From an uncultured Chloroflexia bacterium (GTDB lineage Bacteria > Chloroflexota > Anaerolineae > CG2-30-64-16), in NCBI GenBank assembly GCA_963810095.1, contig CAWEMM010000006.1, positions 928,001 through 992,000 on the forward strand: 64,000 bases of DNA, written 5' to 3'. The notes under the pieces were generated by a model, which saw nothing but the letters and a program-made list of their open reading frames with translations, had not been told where the DNA came from and did no database searches. A program made the translations under genes and the position numbers. This document shows, piece after piece, positions 42,978 to 53,604 of the stretch; position 1 is the stretch's first letter; each line of letters opens with the position of its first letter.

Positions 42978-45226
42978 ATGCAACAGTATTCATACACTAC
43001 CACGATTGGCGGCCGCGACATCACGATCGAGAGCGGCACGTGGGCCAAGCTCGCGGCCGGCTCCGTGACCGTCCGCTCGGGCGACTCGGTCTTGCTCGGC
43101 ACCGTGACGTCGGCCGGCCCCGCGAGGGCGGCGACTTCTTCCCGCTCAGCGTCGACTTTGAGGAAAGGCTCTACGCCGCAGGCCGTATTCCCGGCAGCTT
43201 CCAGCGCCGCGAGTCCCGGCCCTCCGACCAGGCCATCCTGACCTCCCGCTTGATCGACCGGCCGCTCCGCCCGCTGTTCGCCAAGGGCTTCCTGAACGAA
43301 GTGCAGGTCATCATCACGGCCCTGGCGCGCGATCCCGAGCTGCACCTCGACATCCTGGCCATCATCGCCGCCAGCGCGGCCGTCACCATTTCGGACATCC
43401 CCTGGGAAGGCCCGATCGGTGCAGTCCGCGTCGGCTTCATCGACGGCGCGTTCGTCATCAACCCGACCGTCGACCAGATGAACTCCTCCACCCTTGACCT
43501 GCGCATGGCGGGCACCAAGGACGCCATCCTGATGGTCGAGGCGGGCGCGGACGAGCTGCCCGAAGACCTGATGCTGGAAGCACTGCGGACCGGCTGGGAA
43601 GCGATGCAGCCCATCATCGAGCTCCAGGAGAAGATGCGCGCGGAGATCGGCAAGCCGAAGTACGAGTACGCGCCCATCCTGGCCGATGCCGCCGCGCAGA
43701 CCGCCGTCACCGGTTGGATCGGCGGCCGCATGGCCGAGATCTTCGCCACGCCGCTGAAGAAGCAGGAACAGAACGCAGCCATGAAGGCGCTGCGCACCGA
43801 GCTGCTGGCCGCGTTGGGCGAGCAGCACGATCCCAAGGCCCTCGCCATGGCGTTCGACAACGTCGAAAAGAAGGTCGTGCGCGAAAACATCCTCGGTCGC
43901 GGGGTCCGTCCCGACAATCGCGGCACGAAAGAGATCCGGCCCATCGACGTGCAGGTAGGCGTTCTGCCGCGCGTCCACGGCAGCGGACTCTTCACCCGCG
44001 GCGAGACCCAGGTCCTGACCGTCGCCACGTTGGGCACGCCCGGCGACGCGCAGAAGCTGGACACCCTCGGGATGGAAGAATCCAAGCGCTACATGCACCA
44101 CTACAATTTCCCGCCCTTCTCCACGGGCGAGGTGGCCCCGAACCGCGGCCCCAAACGCCGCGAGATCGGCCACGGTGCACTGGCCGAGCGCGCGCTCGAG
44201 CCCATGATCCCCGCGCAGGAGTCCTTTGCGTACACGCTGCGCCTGGTCTCTGAAGCCATCTCATCCAACGGCTCGACGTCAATGGCCTCCGTCTGCGGCA
44301 GCACGCTGGCGCTCATGGATGCCGGCGTTCCGATCAAGGCGCCGGTGGCCGGCATCGCGATGGGCCTGATTACCGATGGCGACGTCAGCGCGGCGAACCT
44401 GCGCTACGCGATCCTGAGCGATATCCAGGGCCTCGAAGATCACCTGGGCGACATGGACTTCAAGGTGGCGGGCACCGAGCACGGCATCACCGCGCTCCAG
44501 ATGGACATCAAGATCCACGGCCTGACGCAGAAGATCCTGGAAGAGGCGATGGCCCAGGCGCGCGAAGGCCGCCTGTTCATCCTCGGCAAGATGCTCGACG
44601 TGCTGCCCGCGCCGCGCAAGTCGCTCTCGGTCCATGCGCCCCGTATCATCACGGTGCACATCGACCCCGAGAAGATCGGCAAGGTGATTGGCCCCGGCGG
44701 CAAGATGATCCGCAGCCTGCAAGAGCAGTACAGCGTGAAGATCGACATCGAGGACGACGGCTCGGTCTTCATCTCGGGTGCGGAAGGCCAGGGCGCCGAA
44801 ATGGCAGCTTCGGAAATCGAAAAGATGACCGAGGAAATCAAGATCGGCCGCATCTACACGGGCAAGGTCGTGCGCATCGAGTCCTACGGCGCCTTTGTCG
44901 AAATTGCGCCCGGCCAGGATGGTATGGTACATATTAGCCAGCTCGCTGACTACCGTGTGCCGAGCGTCGAAGATGTGGTGAAGCTTGACGATGAGATCAC
45001 CGTCATGGTGACCGACATCGATCCTGCCGGCAAGATACGCCTCAGCCGCCAGGCCGTCCTCGAAGGCTGGACCCCCGAAGAAGCCCGCGAACGCGATCGC
45101 GGCTCGGGCGGCGGCGGCCGGGGTGGCCCGGGCGGTGGTGACCGCGGCCCGCGCGGCGGTGGCGACCGTGGTGGTGACCGTGGGCGCGGCGGCGATCGCG
45201 GCGGATATCGCGGCCCCCGCAACTAG
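42978..45226 (+). CDS. pnp: Polyribonucleotide nucleotidyltransferase (frameshift near 43110)
   Basis: [55 protein letters not shown] and S1 domains. Confidence 0.97.
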
Positions 45227-45239
45227 GCGAACGTGTGTG

Positions 45240-45270
45240 TGGCAGGGGCGACCTGTGGCCGTCCCTGCCA
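45240..45270. terminator. Hairpin after pnp
   Basis: tggcaggggcg...cgtccctgcca. Confidence 0.5.
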
Positions 45271-45333
45271 GGCAGAACAACCCGAATCCCTTTTGCGAGT
45301 GAGCACTAACAAGTGAGCACAAACGAGTGAGTC

Positions 45334-45939
45334 ATGAACAATGACCTACCGGCGCTTCCCCAACCGGAAGCACCGAACCCAGGCGCGCCAGAGGCCGGCA
45401 GGCCCAAGGCACGCTCCGGCATAGGTGCCTGGTTGGGGTCCGCATTACGAGACGCAGCAGGAACCATCATTCCTGCAATCGTCATCGCACTCCTGATCCA
45501 CGTCTTTCTGGCCCAGGCCACCCGGGTTTACGGCCAGAGCATGGAGCCCAACCTCCACACCAACGAGCGATTGGTGATCGAGAAGTTCAGCTACCACTTC
45601 CACGGCCCCCGGCGGGGCGACGTCGTGGTGCTGCGCGACCCGGGCGGCAGCCCCGAGCTGCTGATCAAGCGCGTCGTGGGCCTGCCGGGCGAGCGCGTAA
45701 CCCTGGCCGACGGCCGGGTCTACATCGACGGGAAGCCACTCGACGAGCCGTATCTGAATCAGTCGACCAATGGCGGGGGCCGCTCGTGGGTCGTGCCGCC
45801 CTTGTCCGTGTTCGTGATGGGCGACAACCGGTCCGCCAGCCGTGACTCGCGCATCTTCGGTACGGTGGCGCTGGAGGAGCTGGTGGGCAGAGCCTTGTTC
45901 CGCTATTGGCCCTTGGGCGAGGTCGGGCCCGTTCCGTAA
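45334..45939 (+). CDS. lepB: Signal peptidase I
   Basis: SMEPNL, RGDVVV, IKRVVGLPGE, MGDNR..S.DSR. Confidence 0.93.
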   Translation: MNNDLPALPQPEAPNPGAPEAGRPKARSGIGAWLGSALRDAAGTIIPAIVIALLIHVFLAQATRVYGQSMEPNLHTNERLVIEKFSYHFHGPRRGDVVVLRDPGGSPELLIKRVVGLPGERVTLADGRVYIDGKPLDEPYLNQSTNGGGRSWVVPPLSVFVMGDNRSASRDSRIFGTVALEELVGRALFRYWPLGEVGPVP

Positions 45940-45971
45940 CGACCGCTAGCAATGAATGTTCCACTAACTCG

Positions 45972-46009
45972 AGGACCCGGCCTGTCAGCAGGCCGGGTCC
46001 TTCTTTTTT
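45972..46009 (+). terminator. Intrinsic terminator after lepB
   Basis: aggacccggcctg...caggccgggtcct followed by tcttttttc. Confidence 0.8.
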
Positions 46010-46112
46010 CCCGCCCCTCCCTGCGATTAGCAACTCGCAGTTCGGATGCACGTATACAGAGACAACTGAGCATCAGGATGCGATACGACCCGTGGGCAAA
46101 GGAGTGCCAACC

Positions 46113-46592
46113 ATGCAGCAGGTAATGCCAAAGAAAATCGGCGTGAAATATCTGATGGGCAGCGGCGACAAGATCATGTTGCTCACGCTGCCGTTCCTCG
46201 TCGTCGGCCTGATCTTCAATATCCTGTATCCTTCCTTCTTCAGCGTGGGCGGCCCGTCCACCGCGTTGAAGGTGCTCTCCATCGTCGTCCTGGTTCCCGG
46301 GGTCGTCATTTGGCTGTGGTCGGTCGTTCTGATCCTGACACGCGTGTCTCGCGGCGAACTGATCACCACCGGTCCGTATGCCCTGGTCAAGCACCCGCTG
46401 TACACGAGCGTGAGCCTGCTGGTGCTGCCGTGGGCCGGCTTTCTACTCAACACCTGGTTGGGCCTCCTGCTCGGGATAGTGCTCTACCTGGCCGCGAGAA
46501 GGTACGCGCCGGAAGAGGAACGGGCCCTCGCGATCACGTTCGGTGCCAAATGGTATAAGTACAGCGCCCAGGTCAAAGTACCGTGGCTTTGA
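46113..46592 (+). CDS. Isoprenylcysteine carboxyl methyltransferase / PEMT-family membrane protein
   Basis: LITTGPYALVKHPLY, EEE..L...FG..W..Y. Confidence 0.8.
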   Translation: MQQVMPKKIGVKYLMGSGDKIMLLTLPFLVVGLIFNILYPSFFSVGGPSTALKVLSIVVLVPGVVIWLWSVVLILTRVSRGELITTGPYALVKHPLYTSVSLLVLPWAGFLLNTWLGLLLGIVLYLAARRYAPEEERALAITFGAKWYKYSAQVKVPWL

Positions 46593-46636
46593 GAGCCTAG
46601 CGCCGTCCAGCGAGGGTGTTGCGGCAAGGAGTTAGT

Positions 46637-48088
46637 ATGATGACTGTCCCCACGTCGTCTGTCGGGGGGTCTTACGCGGCGATCGAGGCCTATGTGAAGC
46701 AGCAGATGCGCCGGCTGAACCTGCCCGGCGCCGCGCTGGCGATCGTCGAAGGGGACTGCATCACCCATGTGGAAGGCTTCGGCCGCGCCCGCCCTGACGG
46801 CCGGCCACCGGCCCCGCAGACACCCTTCGGCATCGGGTCGACCACCAAGTCCGTCACTGCGCTGGCCGTCATGCAACTCGTCGAAGCGGGCATGGTCGAC
46901 CTCGACGCGCCGGTGCAGCATTACCTGCCTTGGTTCCAGACGGCCGACCGCGTTACCTCCGCCCACATCACCGTGCGCCACCTGCTCAACCAGACCAGCG
47001 GACTGCCGTTGGGAGCGGGGTGGGCAGCACTGGCAGACTTGGACGCTCGGCCCGGCGCGGCCGAGCGACAGGCGCGCGCCCTCGCTGCGATCCGGCCTCA
47101 CGGCCCTCCCGGGGCGAAGTTCGAATACAGCAACCTGAACTACAACCTGCTGGGCCTGGTGATCGAGGCAGTCGCCGGTCAATCCTACGCTGCCTACCTC
47201 GAAGACCACATCTTCGGCCCACTCGGCATGGCTCACAGCCATTCCTCCAGGGTCGCGGCCAGGCACGACGACATGGCGGTGGGCCACCTGTCCTGGTTCG
47301 GCGTTCCGATCCCCGCGCCCAACCTGTCCGACGCGAGCGGCTGCCTGGCCTCCGGGCAGCTCCTTGCGAGCGCGGAGGACATGGCCCGCTATCTCATCGC
47401 ACACCTCAACGGGGGCCGCTGCGGCCCGGCGCAGATTCTTTCGCCGGCCGGCATGGCCGAACTCCATCGCCCCGCGGTCGACGCGGGCACATTGTTCGTC
47501 AAAGAGCAGTATGCGATGGGCTGGTTTGTCGAGTCGCGAGGCGACATCACGCTTCTGTCGCACACAGGCATGGTGCCCGACTTCTTCACCTACATGGCCT
47601 TGCTTCCCGAACAAAAGCGGGGGGTGGTTCTGCTGCTCAACGTCGACCACTTCACGATGCAGCTCACGATGGCGGAAGTGGGCGCGGGGCTCGCCATGTT
47701 GCTCGCGGGCCAGCCGCCCCCGCCCATCCGGCTCGGCGCGATTCCCTGGGCGGTGCGCGGCCTGCCGCTCATCCCGCTCCTGCAGGTGGCCGGCATCGTC
47801 GCGACCGTGGGCCTCGTGCGCGGGTGGCGGATGGATCCATTGCGCCGCCCAAGCCGCGGGCGCCTGTGGGGGCAGCACGTCCTGCTCCCGCTGCTGCCCA
47901 ACGTGCTGCTCGCCTCAGGCGCGGCCTGGTTGTTCCGCAGCCGGCTGTTCGGCTTCATGCGCCTCTTCGCACCCGACGTCACGGCGACCGCGCTGCTGTC
48001 TGGCGGCATCGCCGGCCTATGGGCCATCCTGCGCACCGGGCTCGTGGTGCGCGCCGCAACCGCCCGTAAGACGGAGGAGGTCCGATGA
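46637..48088 (+). CDS. Serine hydrolase (beta-lactamase class C-like) with three C-terminal TM helices
   Basis: STTK, LLNQTSG, YSNLNY, HTG motifs; hydrophobic C-terminus. Confidence 0.85.
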   Translation: MMTVPTSSVGGSYAAIEAYVKQQMRRLNLPGAALAIVEGDCITHVEGFGRARPDGRPPAPQTPFGIGSTTKSVTALAVMQLVEAGMVDLDAPVQHYLPWFQTADRVTSAHITVRHLLNQTSGLPLGAGWAALADLDARPGAAERQARALAAIRPHGPPGAKFEYSNLNYNLLGLVIEAVAGQSYAAYLEDHIFGPLGMAHSHSSRVAARHDDMAVGHLSWFGVPIPAPNLSDASGCLASGQLLASAEDMARYLIAHLNGGRCGPAQILSPAGMAELHRPAVDAGTLFVKEQYAMGWFVESRGDITLLSHTGMVPDFFTYMALLPEQKRGVVLLLNVDHFTMQLTMAEVGAGLAMLLAGQPPPPIRLGAIPWAVRGLPLIPLLQVAGIVATVGLVRGWRMDPLRRPSRGRLWGQHVLLPLLPNVLLASGAAWLFRSRLFGFMRLFAPDVTATALLSGGIAGLWAILRTGLVVRAATARKTEEVR

Positions 48089-48975
48089 GGTCGCCTGCTC
48101 AAGTTCGCCCCTATCAGATCGTCGATATCCCCCGGGCGCGCCAGATCGTCGTCAGCTTCCTGGACCTGAGTTCCGGAGGCCACTACATTTACGGACTGGT
48201 CGAAGTAGATGTTACGCTGGCGCGCCGCCGCCTGGCCTCCTATCAGGCCCAGACGGGCGAGCACCTGTCCTTCACCGGCTACCTGATTTTTTGTCTCGCC
48301 CAGGCTGTCGACGAGAACAAGGCGGTGCAGGCCTACCGGAAGGGCCACAAGCAGCTCGTGGTGTTCGACGATGTGGACGTGGGCATCATGGTCGAGCACG
48401 AGTTCGGCGCGGCGCCCGCCGCCGCCCAGCCCGGCGTGCCCGGCTCAAGCGAGTCGCGCGCGCCGATCGGACATGTTATCAAGCGCGCCAACCACAAGAC
48501 GTACATGGAGATTCATCGGGAGATCCGCTCGCTGCAAACGCAAACACCGCAGCGCAAGGACATGCCGTCGTGGATGAAGTTTACGCTGGGGCTGCCCGGC
48601 CCGCTCCAGAAGGGGCTCGTCGCCCTGGCCGGGGCCGCCATGCACCGAGACCCGGCCGGGATGTGGGTGCCCATGGCGGGCACCGTCGGCGTCACCTCGG
48701 TCGGCATGTTCGGCAAGAGCAGCGGCTGGGGGTTGAGCGCGCCGAACGGGCACAACCTGGCATTGACCGTTGGCGGCATCGCCCGCAAGCCGGCCGTCGT
48801 CGGCGACCGCGTCGAGCCCCGCGAGCTTCTGAGCCTGACGCTGGCATTCAACCACGACGTCGTCGACGGTGCGCCGGCCGCCCGCTTTACCCGGCGCCTG
48901 ATCGAGTTGATCGAAGGCGGGTGCGGGCTCGAGATGATCGGACCCGATTCACCCGGCGAGCGGATTCACGCCTAA
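48085..48975 (+). CDS. Standalone 2-oxoacid dehydrogenase E2/CAT-like acyltransferase catalytic domain
   Basis: EVDVT, GTVGVTSVGMFG, LTLAFNHDVVDGAPAARF; no lipoyl domain. Confidence 0.8.
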   Translation: MRSPAQVRPYQIVDIPRARQIVVSFLDLSSGGHYIYGLVEVDVTLARRRLASYQAQTGEHLSFTGYLIFCLAQAVDENKAVQAYRKGHKQLVVFDDVDVGIMVEHEFGAAPAAAQPGVPGSSESRAPIGHVIKRANHKTYMEIHREIRSLQTQTPQRKDMPSWMKFTLGLPGPLQKGLVALAGAAMHRDPAGMWVPMAGTVGVTSVGMFGKSSGWGLSAPNGHNLALTVGGIARKPAVVGDRVEPRELLSLTLAFNHDVVDGAPAARFTRRLIELIEGGCGLEMIGPDSPGERIHA

Positions 48976-49001
48976 ATGTCGCTTGTGGTAATATCGCGGC
49001 C

Positions 49002-50840
49002 ATGAACACGGGCACGCGTTGGAATCCATTTACGAAGCAATTAGTCGTCGTGGCTTTGCTCGTCGGCGCCGTGTTCGTCCTGTTCCGCGTCAGCGAGATC
49101 ATTCCCCCGCTCATCATTGCGCTGTTCCTGTCTTACCTGATTGCAACCGTCATCCCCTGGCTCCAGCGCAACACCGGCTGGTCACGCGGCGCCGCCGCGA
49201 TCATCATAGAGCTTTTCGTCGTGCTTCTGGTGTTCACCCTGCCCGCCCTCATCATGCCCTGGCTGATCAACGCGGTGACGGGCTTCGCCACGACCTTCGG
49301 CAAGGTCGTCAACGAGTTGCTGAGCGTCACGCCCAAGCCGATCGAAATCACGCCCAAGCTCATCATCAACCTGGGCCCGTTCTACCAGCCGATTAACCAG
49401 TGGCTGCGCGGCGTGGTGGGGCCCGAGATCGGCAACCTGCAGAACCTGCTCAATCTGCAGGACCTGCAGGGGTTCCTCACGCCTTTTGCCAGCGGCGTCA
49501 CCACGGTCCTCAAAGGCGCGGTCAGCGGCATCATCTGGTTCTTCTTCATCCTCGTCGTCGCCTTTTACGTCTCTCGGGACGGCGAACGGTTCGGCCGGTT
49601 CGTGTCCGAGCGCGTGCCAGACGACTGGCGTCCCGAGTTCGGCCGGCTCTGGCGTGAGCTTGCGCTCATTTGGGACTCGTTCGTGCGCGGCCAGTTGCTC
49701 CTCGCGCTGATCGTGGGCGTGGTCGTCTGGATCTCGATGACGATCCTGGGCATCGCCAACGCCCCGGTTCTCGGCCTCATCTCTGCCGTGCTCGAATTCG
49801 TCCCTTCGATCGGCCCGGTGCTGGCGGCCGTGCCCGGCGTGCTGATTGCGCTTGTGCTAGGCTCCACCTGGATTCCGCTGCCCAACACGTGGTTTGCAGT
49901 GCTCGTCGGCTTCGTCTATTTCCTCATCCAGCAAGTCGAAAACCTCTACCTCCTCCCCCGCGTCGTCGGCGCGCGCATCCGTTTGCACCCGGTTGTCGTG
50001 ATCGTCGGCGCCCTTGCCGGGAATGCAATCGCCGGCATCCTGGGCATCCTGCTCGCAGCTCCCACCATCGCATGCGCCCGCGTGCTGGGCGGCTATGCGC
50101 TGAGAAAACTGTTCGACCAGGAGCCCTTCGCCGAGCCGGAGACCCCCGACCTGCGCCTGATTTGGGGTGAGCTGGTGCAGAAACGCGAGATCGCGGCCAT
50201 CCTGTTCGACATCGACGGGACGCTGGTGGAGAGCGACGACTATGTGGCCCGCTGGGTGTCGGATTCGCTGCGGGTGGGCGGCAGGCTGATGCCCGAGGCG
50301 CGCCGGGTCCAGCTTGCGCGGCGGAGCGTGATGGCGCTCGAGGGCCCAACGAACCTGGCAGTGAGCCTCCTCGACACAGTCGGCCTGGACGAGCCGGCCT
50401 TCCGGTTGCGCCGATGGATGCGGCGCGCGACGGGCGTGGCCGAAGCCGGTGGGTGCGCGTGCGTCGACGGCACTGCGGAAGCCCTGCGCGTGATGCGCAG
50501 CCGCGGCTACCTGCTCGGCGTAGTGACGAACCGCAATCGGGACGAGGCGGATGCCATCCTTCAGGACGCGGGACTGCGTCCGCTGGTTGGCATCGTGATC
50601 ACTCGGGAAGACAGCGCGCGCATGAAACCGCACCCCATGCCGGTGCTCATCGCGGCGGAGAAACTCGGCGTCAAGGCCGAACAGTGCATCATGGTGGGCG
50701 ATACCAGCGTGGACATTCGGGCGGGGAAATCGGCGGGCAGCCTGGCAGTCGGAGTGCGTTGCGGTTTCGGCCAGGATGGCGACTTCCGTGAGGCCGACCT
50801 GGTGCTCGACAAGCCCGCGGACCTGACGGGGTGGCTGTAG
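49002..50840 (+). CDS. AI-2E family transporter fused to a HAD-like hydrolase
   Basis: FVRGQL, EFVPSIGP, IQQVEN..L.PR..G...LHP, then FDIDGTL, VVTN, KPHP, MVGD in one frame. Confidence 0.82.
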   Translation: MNTGTRWNPFTKQLVVVALLVGAVFVLFRVSEIIPPLIIALFLSYLIATVIPWLQRNTGWSRGAAAIIIELFVVLLVFTLPALIMPWLINAVTGFATTFGKVVNELLSVTPKPIEITPKLIINLGPFYQPINQWLRGVVGPEIGNLQNLLNLQDLQGFLTPFASGVTTVLKGAVSGIIWFFFILVVAFYVSRDGERFGRFVSERVPDDWRPEFGRLWRELALIWDSFVRGQLLLALIVGVVVWISMTILGIANAPVLGLISAVLEFVPSIGPVLAAVPGVLIALVLGSTWIPLPNTWFAVLVGFVYFLIQQVENLYLLPRVVGARIRLHPVVVIVGALAGNAIAGILGILLAAPTIACARVLGGYALRKLFDQEPFAEPETPDLRLIWGELVQKREIAAILFDIDGTLVESDDYVARWVSDSLRVGGRLMPEARRVQLARRSVMALEGPTNLAVSLLDTVGLDEPAFRLRRWMRRATGVAEAGGCACVDGTAEALRVMRSRGYLLGVVTNRNRDEADAILQDAGLRPLVGIVITREDSARMKPHPMPVLIAAEKLGVKAEQCIMVGDTSVDIRAGKSAGSLAVGVRCGFGQDGDFREADLVLDKPADLTGWL

Positions 50841-50880
50841 GCCTGCGACTCAGACGAAAGAAACGGATCAGAAGCGGTTC

Positions 50881-50938
50881 AGAAACCAGGTTTTTGGCAA
50901 AGGCCTGGTTTCTTTGTGTCCTCGTGCCTTTGTGTTAA
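50881..50938. repeat. Family 3 palindromic pair abutting a family 2 half-site
   Basis: agaaaccaggttttt...cctggtttct then ctttgtgtcctcgtgcctttgtg. Confidence 0.6.
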
Positions 50939-50950
50939 CACTGGCTTCGC

Positions 50951-51772
50951 CTAGCTGGCAATCCGCAAGCGCTTCTCCACCCATCTCAATAAGAGCGCCA
51001 GCCCGATCGTCATGACAAGATAGAGGAATGCGACCACGTTATAAGTCTCGAAGAAACGAAACGTGCTCGCCGAGTAAACCTTCCCCAACTGCGTGATGTC
51101 CTGCACGCCCAGCACAGACACCAGCGACGAGTCCTTCAGCATCGCCACCAGGTCGTTGCCCAGCGGCGGCAGCACGTTGCGCACGGCCTGGGGCAGGATC
51201 ACCGCCCGCATCGCCTGCCGGTAGCTCATGCCCAGCGAACGCGCCGCCTCCATCTGCCCCCGGCCGATCGACTGGATGCCGGCGCGGAAGATCTCGGCGA
51301 GGAAGGCGCTGTAGCCGATCGTCAGCGCAAGGATGGCGCGCGACGTGAAGTTGAGTTGCCGCACCTGAAAGTCGGCCAGGTGGTTGCCCAGGCCGGCGAG
51401 TGGCCCGACCCGGCCCAGCGCTCCGCCGAACGCATTGACCACCTCGGCCAGGCCCGGCGCGCCGACAAATGCGATGTAGTACAAGATGACCAGCATGGGG
51501 ACGGCCCGGACGATCTCCACATAAAACTGGGAGACTTCCCGCGCCGCCCGGTTCTGCGACACCCGCATCAGCCCGAACACCAGCCCGACCAATAGGGCCA
51601 GCGTGTACGCGACGGCGGTCACATACACCGTGGTGATCACACCCTTGGACACCGCGTTCAAGATCACGCGGTAATCCGCATGGGTAAGCATGATCCACAG
51701 GAAGATCACGCCAAACAGCACCGCCGCCAGCAGCCAATACGGCAGCCGCGATAAACGATTGACAAACAGCAT
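50951..51772 (-). CDS. Polar amino acid ABC transporter permease
   Basis: [36 protein letters not shown]. Confidence 0.92.
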   Translation of the reverse strand: MLFVNRLSRLPYWLLAAVLFGVIFLWIMLTHADYRVILNAVSKGVITTVYVTAVAYTLALLVGLVFGLMRVSQNRAAREVSQFYVEIVRAVPMLVILYYIAFVGAPGLAEVVNAFGGALGRVGPLAGLGNHLADFQVRQLNFTSRAILALTIGYSAFLAEIFRAGIQSIGRGQMEAARSLGMSYRQAMRAVILPQAVRNVLPPLGNDLVAMLKDSSLVSVLGVQDITQLGKVYSASTFRFFETYNVVAFLYLVMTIGLALLLRWVEKRLRIAS

Positions 51773-51787
51773 GTTACACCGAGGGAT

Positions 51788-51882
51788 AATAGGACGCTGA
51801 TCCGACTGATCGAACTGATTTACATGATCCGTTCGGGTAAGATCATGTGAGTCAGTTCGATCAGTTCAATCTGTGTCCTATT
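51788..51882. repeat. Palindromic element, family 1 (copy C)
   Basis: aataggacgctgatccgactgatcgaactgat...tcagttcgatcagttcaatctgtgtcctatt. Confidence 0.75.
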
Positions 51883-53604
51883 CTACTTCGCGTTAGCGTC
51901 GTAGAGGAAGAACCAGCGCGTGTTCAGGTGATTTACGAAGCCGTCGTCCTTCATTGTCTTGATCGCCGCGTTGAAGGGTGCGACCAGGTCCGACTTGGGC
52001 GTGAAGATGAAACCGAACTCCTCCGTGCCCAGCGGCTCGTCCAGCGACTTCAGCTTATCCGGGTTGGCCCCGATGTAGCCCTTCGACGACGCCGCGTCCA
52101 TCAGCACCGTATCCACGTCGCCTGCCAGCAGCGCCTGCACCGCCGCCCCGAACGTCTCGAACAGCTTGATCCGCGGGTTGTTCTCCGTGCCGCCGAGCAG
52201 GTCTTGCGCCACGTAGAAGTTCGTCGTCCCCGCCTGCGACCCAATCAGCAGCTTGTCGTTCGCAGCAAACTCTTTCGAGGTCTTGAACCGGTCTTCGTCC
52301 GCCCGCACCAGCATGAACTGCTGCGACACCATGTACGGGTCCGAGAAGTCGACTTGCTTCTTGCGCTCGTCGTTGATCGTGATCCCGTCCATCCCCACGT
52401 CGAACTGCCCGCCCTTCACGGCGGGAATCATCGCATCCCACGAGGACGTTCCCCACTCCACAGTGCAATTCAGCCGCCGGCAAATCTCGTTGACCGCGTC
52501 GTACTCCCATCCCACTGCCTGGCCGGTCTTCGCATCCACAAAGTTCAGCGGCGTGTAGGCGTTCTCGGTCACCGCCTTGATCGTCCGCCCCTTCAGATCG
52601 GGCAACTGCTTGTAGACGTCGGCGCCGTTCGGATTGGCAAGGAAGAACCAGCGGTCGTTCAGGTAATCCAGGTAGCCGTCGGCCTTCATCTGGCCGATGG
52701 CCTGGTTGAAGGGTGCGACCAGGTCCGACTTGGGCGTAAAGATGAAGCCGAACTCCTCGGTGCCCAGCGGCTCGTCCAGCGACTTCAGCTTATCCGGGTT
52801 GGCCCCGACGTAACCCTTCGACGACGCCGCGTCCATCAGCACCGTATCCACGTCGCCTGCCAGCAGCGCCTGCACGGCCGCCCCGAACGTCTCGAACAGC
52901 TTGATCCGCGGGTTCTGCTCGTTCCCGTCCAGCACCTCGTACACTGCCGTGTAGAAGTTCGTCGTCCCCGCCTGCGACCCAATCAGCAGCTTGTCGTTCG
53001 CCTTGAACTCCGCCGCACTGTTGAACCGGCTCTCGTCTGCCCGCACCAGCATGAACTGCTGCGACACCATGTACGGGTCCGAGAAGTCTACTTCCTTCTT
53101 GCGCTCGTCGTTGATCGTGATCCCGTCCATCCCCACGTCAAACTGCCCGCCCTTGACCGCCGGGATCATCGCATCCCACGAGGACGTTCCCCACTCCACG
53201 GTGCAGTTCAGCCGCCGGCAAATCTCGTTGACCGCGTCGTATTCCCACCCAACCGCCTTGCCGGTCTTGGCATCCACGAAGTTTAGCGGTGTATAGGCGT
53301 TTTCGGTCACCGCCTTGATCGTCCGCCCCTTCAGATCGGGCAATCGCAACGTCTTCGCAGCCGCGCTGACATCATTGGCCGGGGCCTGAGCCGTCGCCGC
53401 GGCGGTGGCGCTGGCCGCGGGTGCGGCTGTCGCAGCCACGGCTGTGGCGGGTGCCGCTGTGGCAGCCACGGCTGAAGGCGCCTCCGTTGGCGCGGGCGCA
53501 GCGGTGGGCGCGCTGGTGGTGGCGGCGGGCGCTGGACCGCACGCGGACAAAACCAAGACCACCAGGGCCAGGATCGATACAACACGAAGGATGCGCTTGG
53601 ACAT
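51883..53604 (-). CDS. Amino acid ABC substrate-binding lipoprotein with two tandem near-identical SBP_bac_3 domains
   Basis: Lipobox LSAC, Ala/Pro/Thr linker, two copies of LPDLKGRTIKAVTENAYTP...RWFF. Confidence 0.92.
   Translation of the reverse strand: MSKRILRVVSILALVVLVLSACGPAPAATTSAPTAAPAPTEAPSAVAATAAPATAVAATAAPAASATAAATAQAPANDVSAAAKTLRLPDLKGRTIKAVTENAYTPLNFVDAKTGKAVGWEYDAVNEICRRLNCTVEWGTSSWDAMIPAVKGGQFDVGMDGITINDERKKEVDFSDPYMVSQQFMLVRADESRFNSAAEFKANDKLLIGSQAGTTNFYTAVYEVLDGNEQNPRIKLFETFGAAVQALLAGDVDTVLMDAASSKGYVGANPDKLKSLDEPLGTEEFGFIFTPKSDLVAPFNQAIGQMKADGYLDYLNDRWFFLANPNGADVYKQLPDLKGRTIKAVTENAYTPLNFVDAKTGQAVGWEYDAVNEICRRLNCTVEWGTSSWDAMIPAVKGGQFDVGMDGITINDERKKQVDFSDPYMVSQQFMLVRADEDRFKTSKEFAANDKLLIGSQAGTTNFYVAQDLLGGTENNPRIKLFETFGAAVQALLAGDVDTVLMDAASSKGYIGANPDKLKSLDEPLGTEEFGFIFTPKSDLVAPFNAAIKTMKDDGFVNHLNTRWFFLYDANAK

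Noticed and set aside
47364-49001. N-terminal half of the 1158-aa ORF
   Set aside because: It overlaps the serine hydrolase and E2-like genes in other frames; the real start is 49002.
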